Shown here piece by piece: positions 63,956 to 64,000 of a stretch of 64,000 bases of DNA (position 1 is the first letter of the stretch; every line of letters starts with the position of its first letter). The stretch is from an uncultured Candidatus Saccharibacteria bacterium (GTDB lineage Bacteria > Patescibacteriota > Minisyncoccia > Phycocordibacterales > UBA2100): assembly GCA_964462785.1 (NCBI GenBank), contig CAYWZA010000003.1, positions 1 through 64,000 on the forward strand, read 5' to 3'. The position numbers were made by a program, and so were the translations under genes. The notes below the pieces were generated by a model. It saw only the letters and a list, made by a program, of their open reading frames with translations, had not been told where the DNA came from and searched no databases.

Positions 63956-64000
63956 ATTCAACTTCGAAGTGCAACACTCCATGCTTGTAATGGCGTCTTA

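Noticed and set aside
1-64000. CRISPR arrays, integrase or transposase genes
   Set aside because: No short, regularly spaced direct repeats and no recognisable integrase or transposase domains were seen. The putative islands lack an identifiable recombinase.

Overview
This 64-kb window looks like a bacterial chromosome segment, mostly about 55-60% GC with a low-GC left end. It reads like a Patescibacteria/CPR-type small genome, but that is an inference from gene content, not a tested result. From left to right:

(1) A low-GC island of about 4.6 kb holds a ParB-like nuclease-domain protein, a PD-(D/E)xK restriction endonuclease, an N6/N4 DNA methyltransferase, a LexA-like S24 repressor, a GIY-YIG nuclease-domain protein and a small ORF. 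It ends at a truncated DUF1697 gene.

(2) A housekeeping stretch follows: pterin-4a-carbinolamine dehydratase, a rhodanese-domain protein, recG, a secreted PG-binding/PKD protein, tRNA-Ile(UAU), ftsH, a patatin-like lipase and smpB.

(3) smpB is followed by an inverted-repeat-flanked mini-cassette with a 50-aa hydrophobic ORF, then a canonical tmRNA gene (ssrA). A free-standing LAGLIDADG homing endonuclease and a DUF4406-like protein sit directly 3' of ssrA, which suggests an ssrA-associated mobile island.

(4) Next come two tandem secreted VanY/M15-type peptidases, an AI-2E transporter, the infC-rpmI-rplT operon, a beta-CASP MBL RNase, ndk, a large VirD4/TraG-like ATPase, map, adk and two tandem gmk paralogs.

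(5) A cell-surface locus of about 21 kb (35.8-57.2 kb) is the part most likely to be new. It contains membrane-anchored cohesin-like proteins, dockerin-bearing secreted proteins, a cohesin+dockerin adaptor, four paralogous signal-peptide + beta-sandwich + C-terminal-TM proteins (DUF916/DUF3324-like), two WxL-like secreted proteins and a giant Gly-rich protein with a phage-tail-fibre-type S74 intramolecular-chaperone domain. A membrane-tethered HTH protein with a perfect palindrome sits at the head of the cluster. A highly structured GC-rich RNA-like element and a MacB/FtsX-type ABC exporter lie upstream.

(6) The right end carries murB, murA, tRNA-Leu(CAG), a cold-shock protein with a textbook sigma70 promoter, tRNA-Ile(GAU) plus a duplicated 5' half of it, and a UPF0314-like membrane protein.

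Several intergenic regions carry unusual nested perfect palindromes that share a short motif. Hand-derived coordinates for RNAs and motifs may be off by 1-2 nt.
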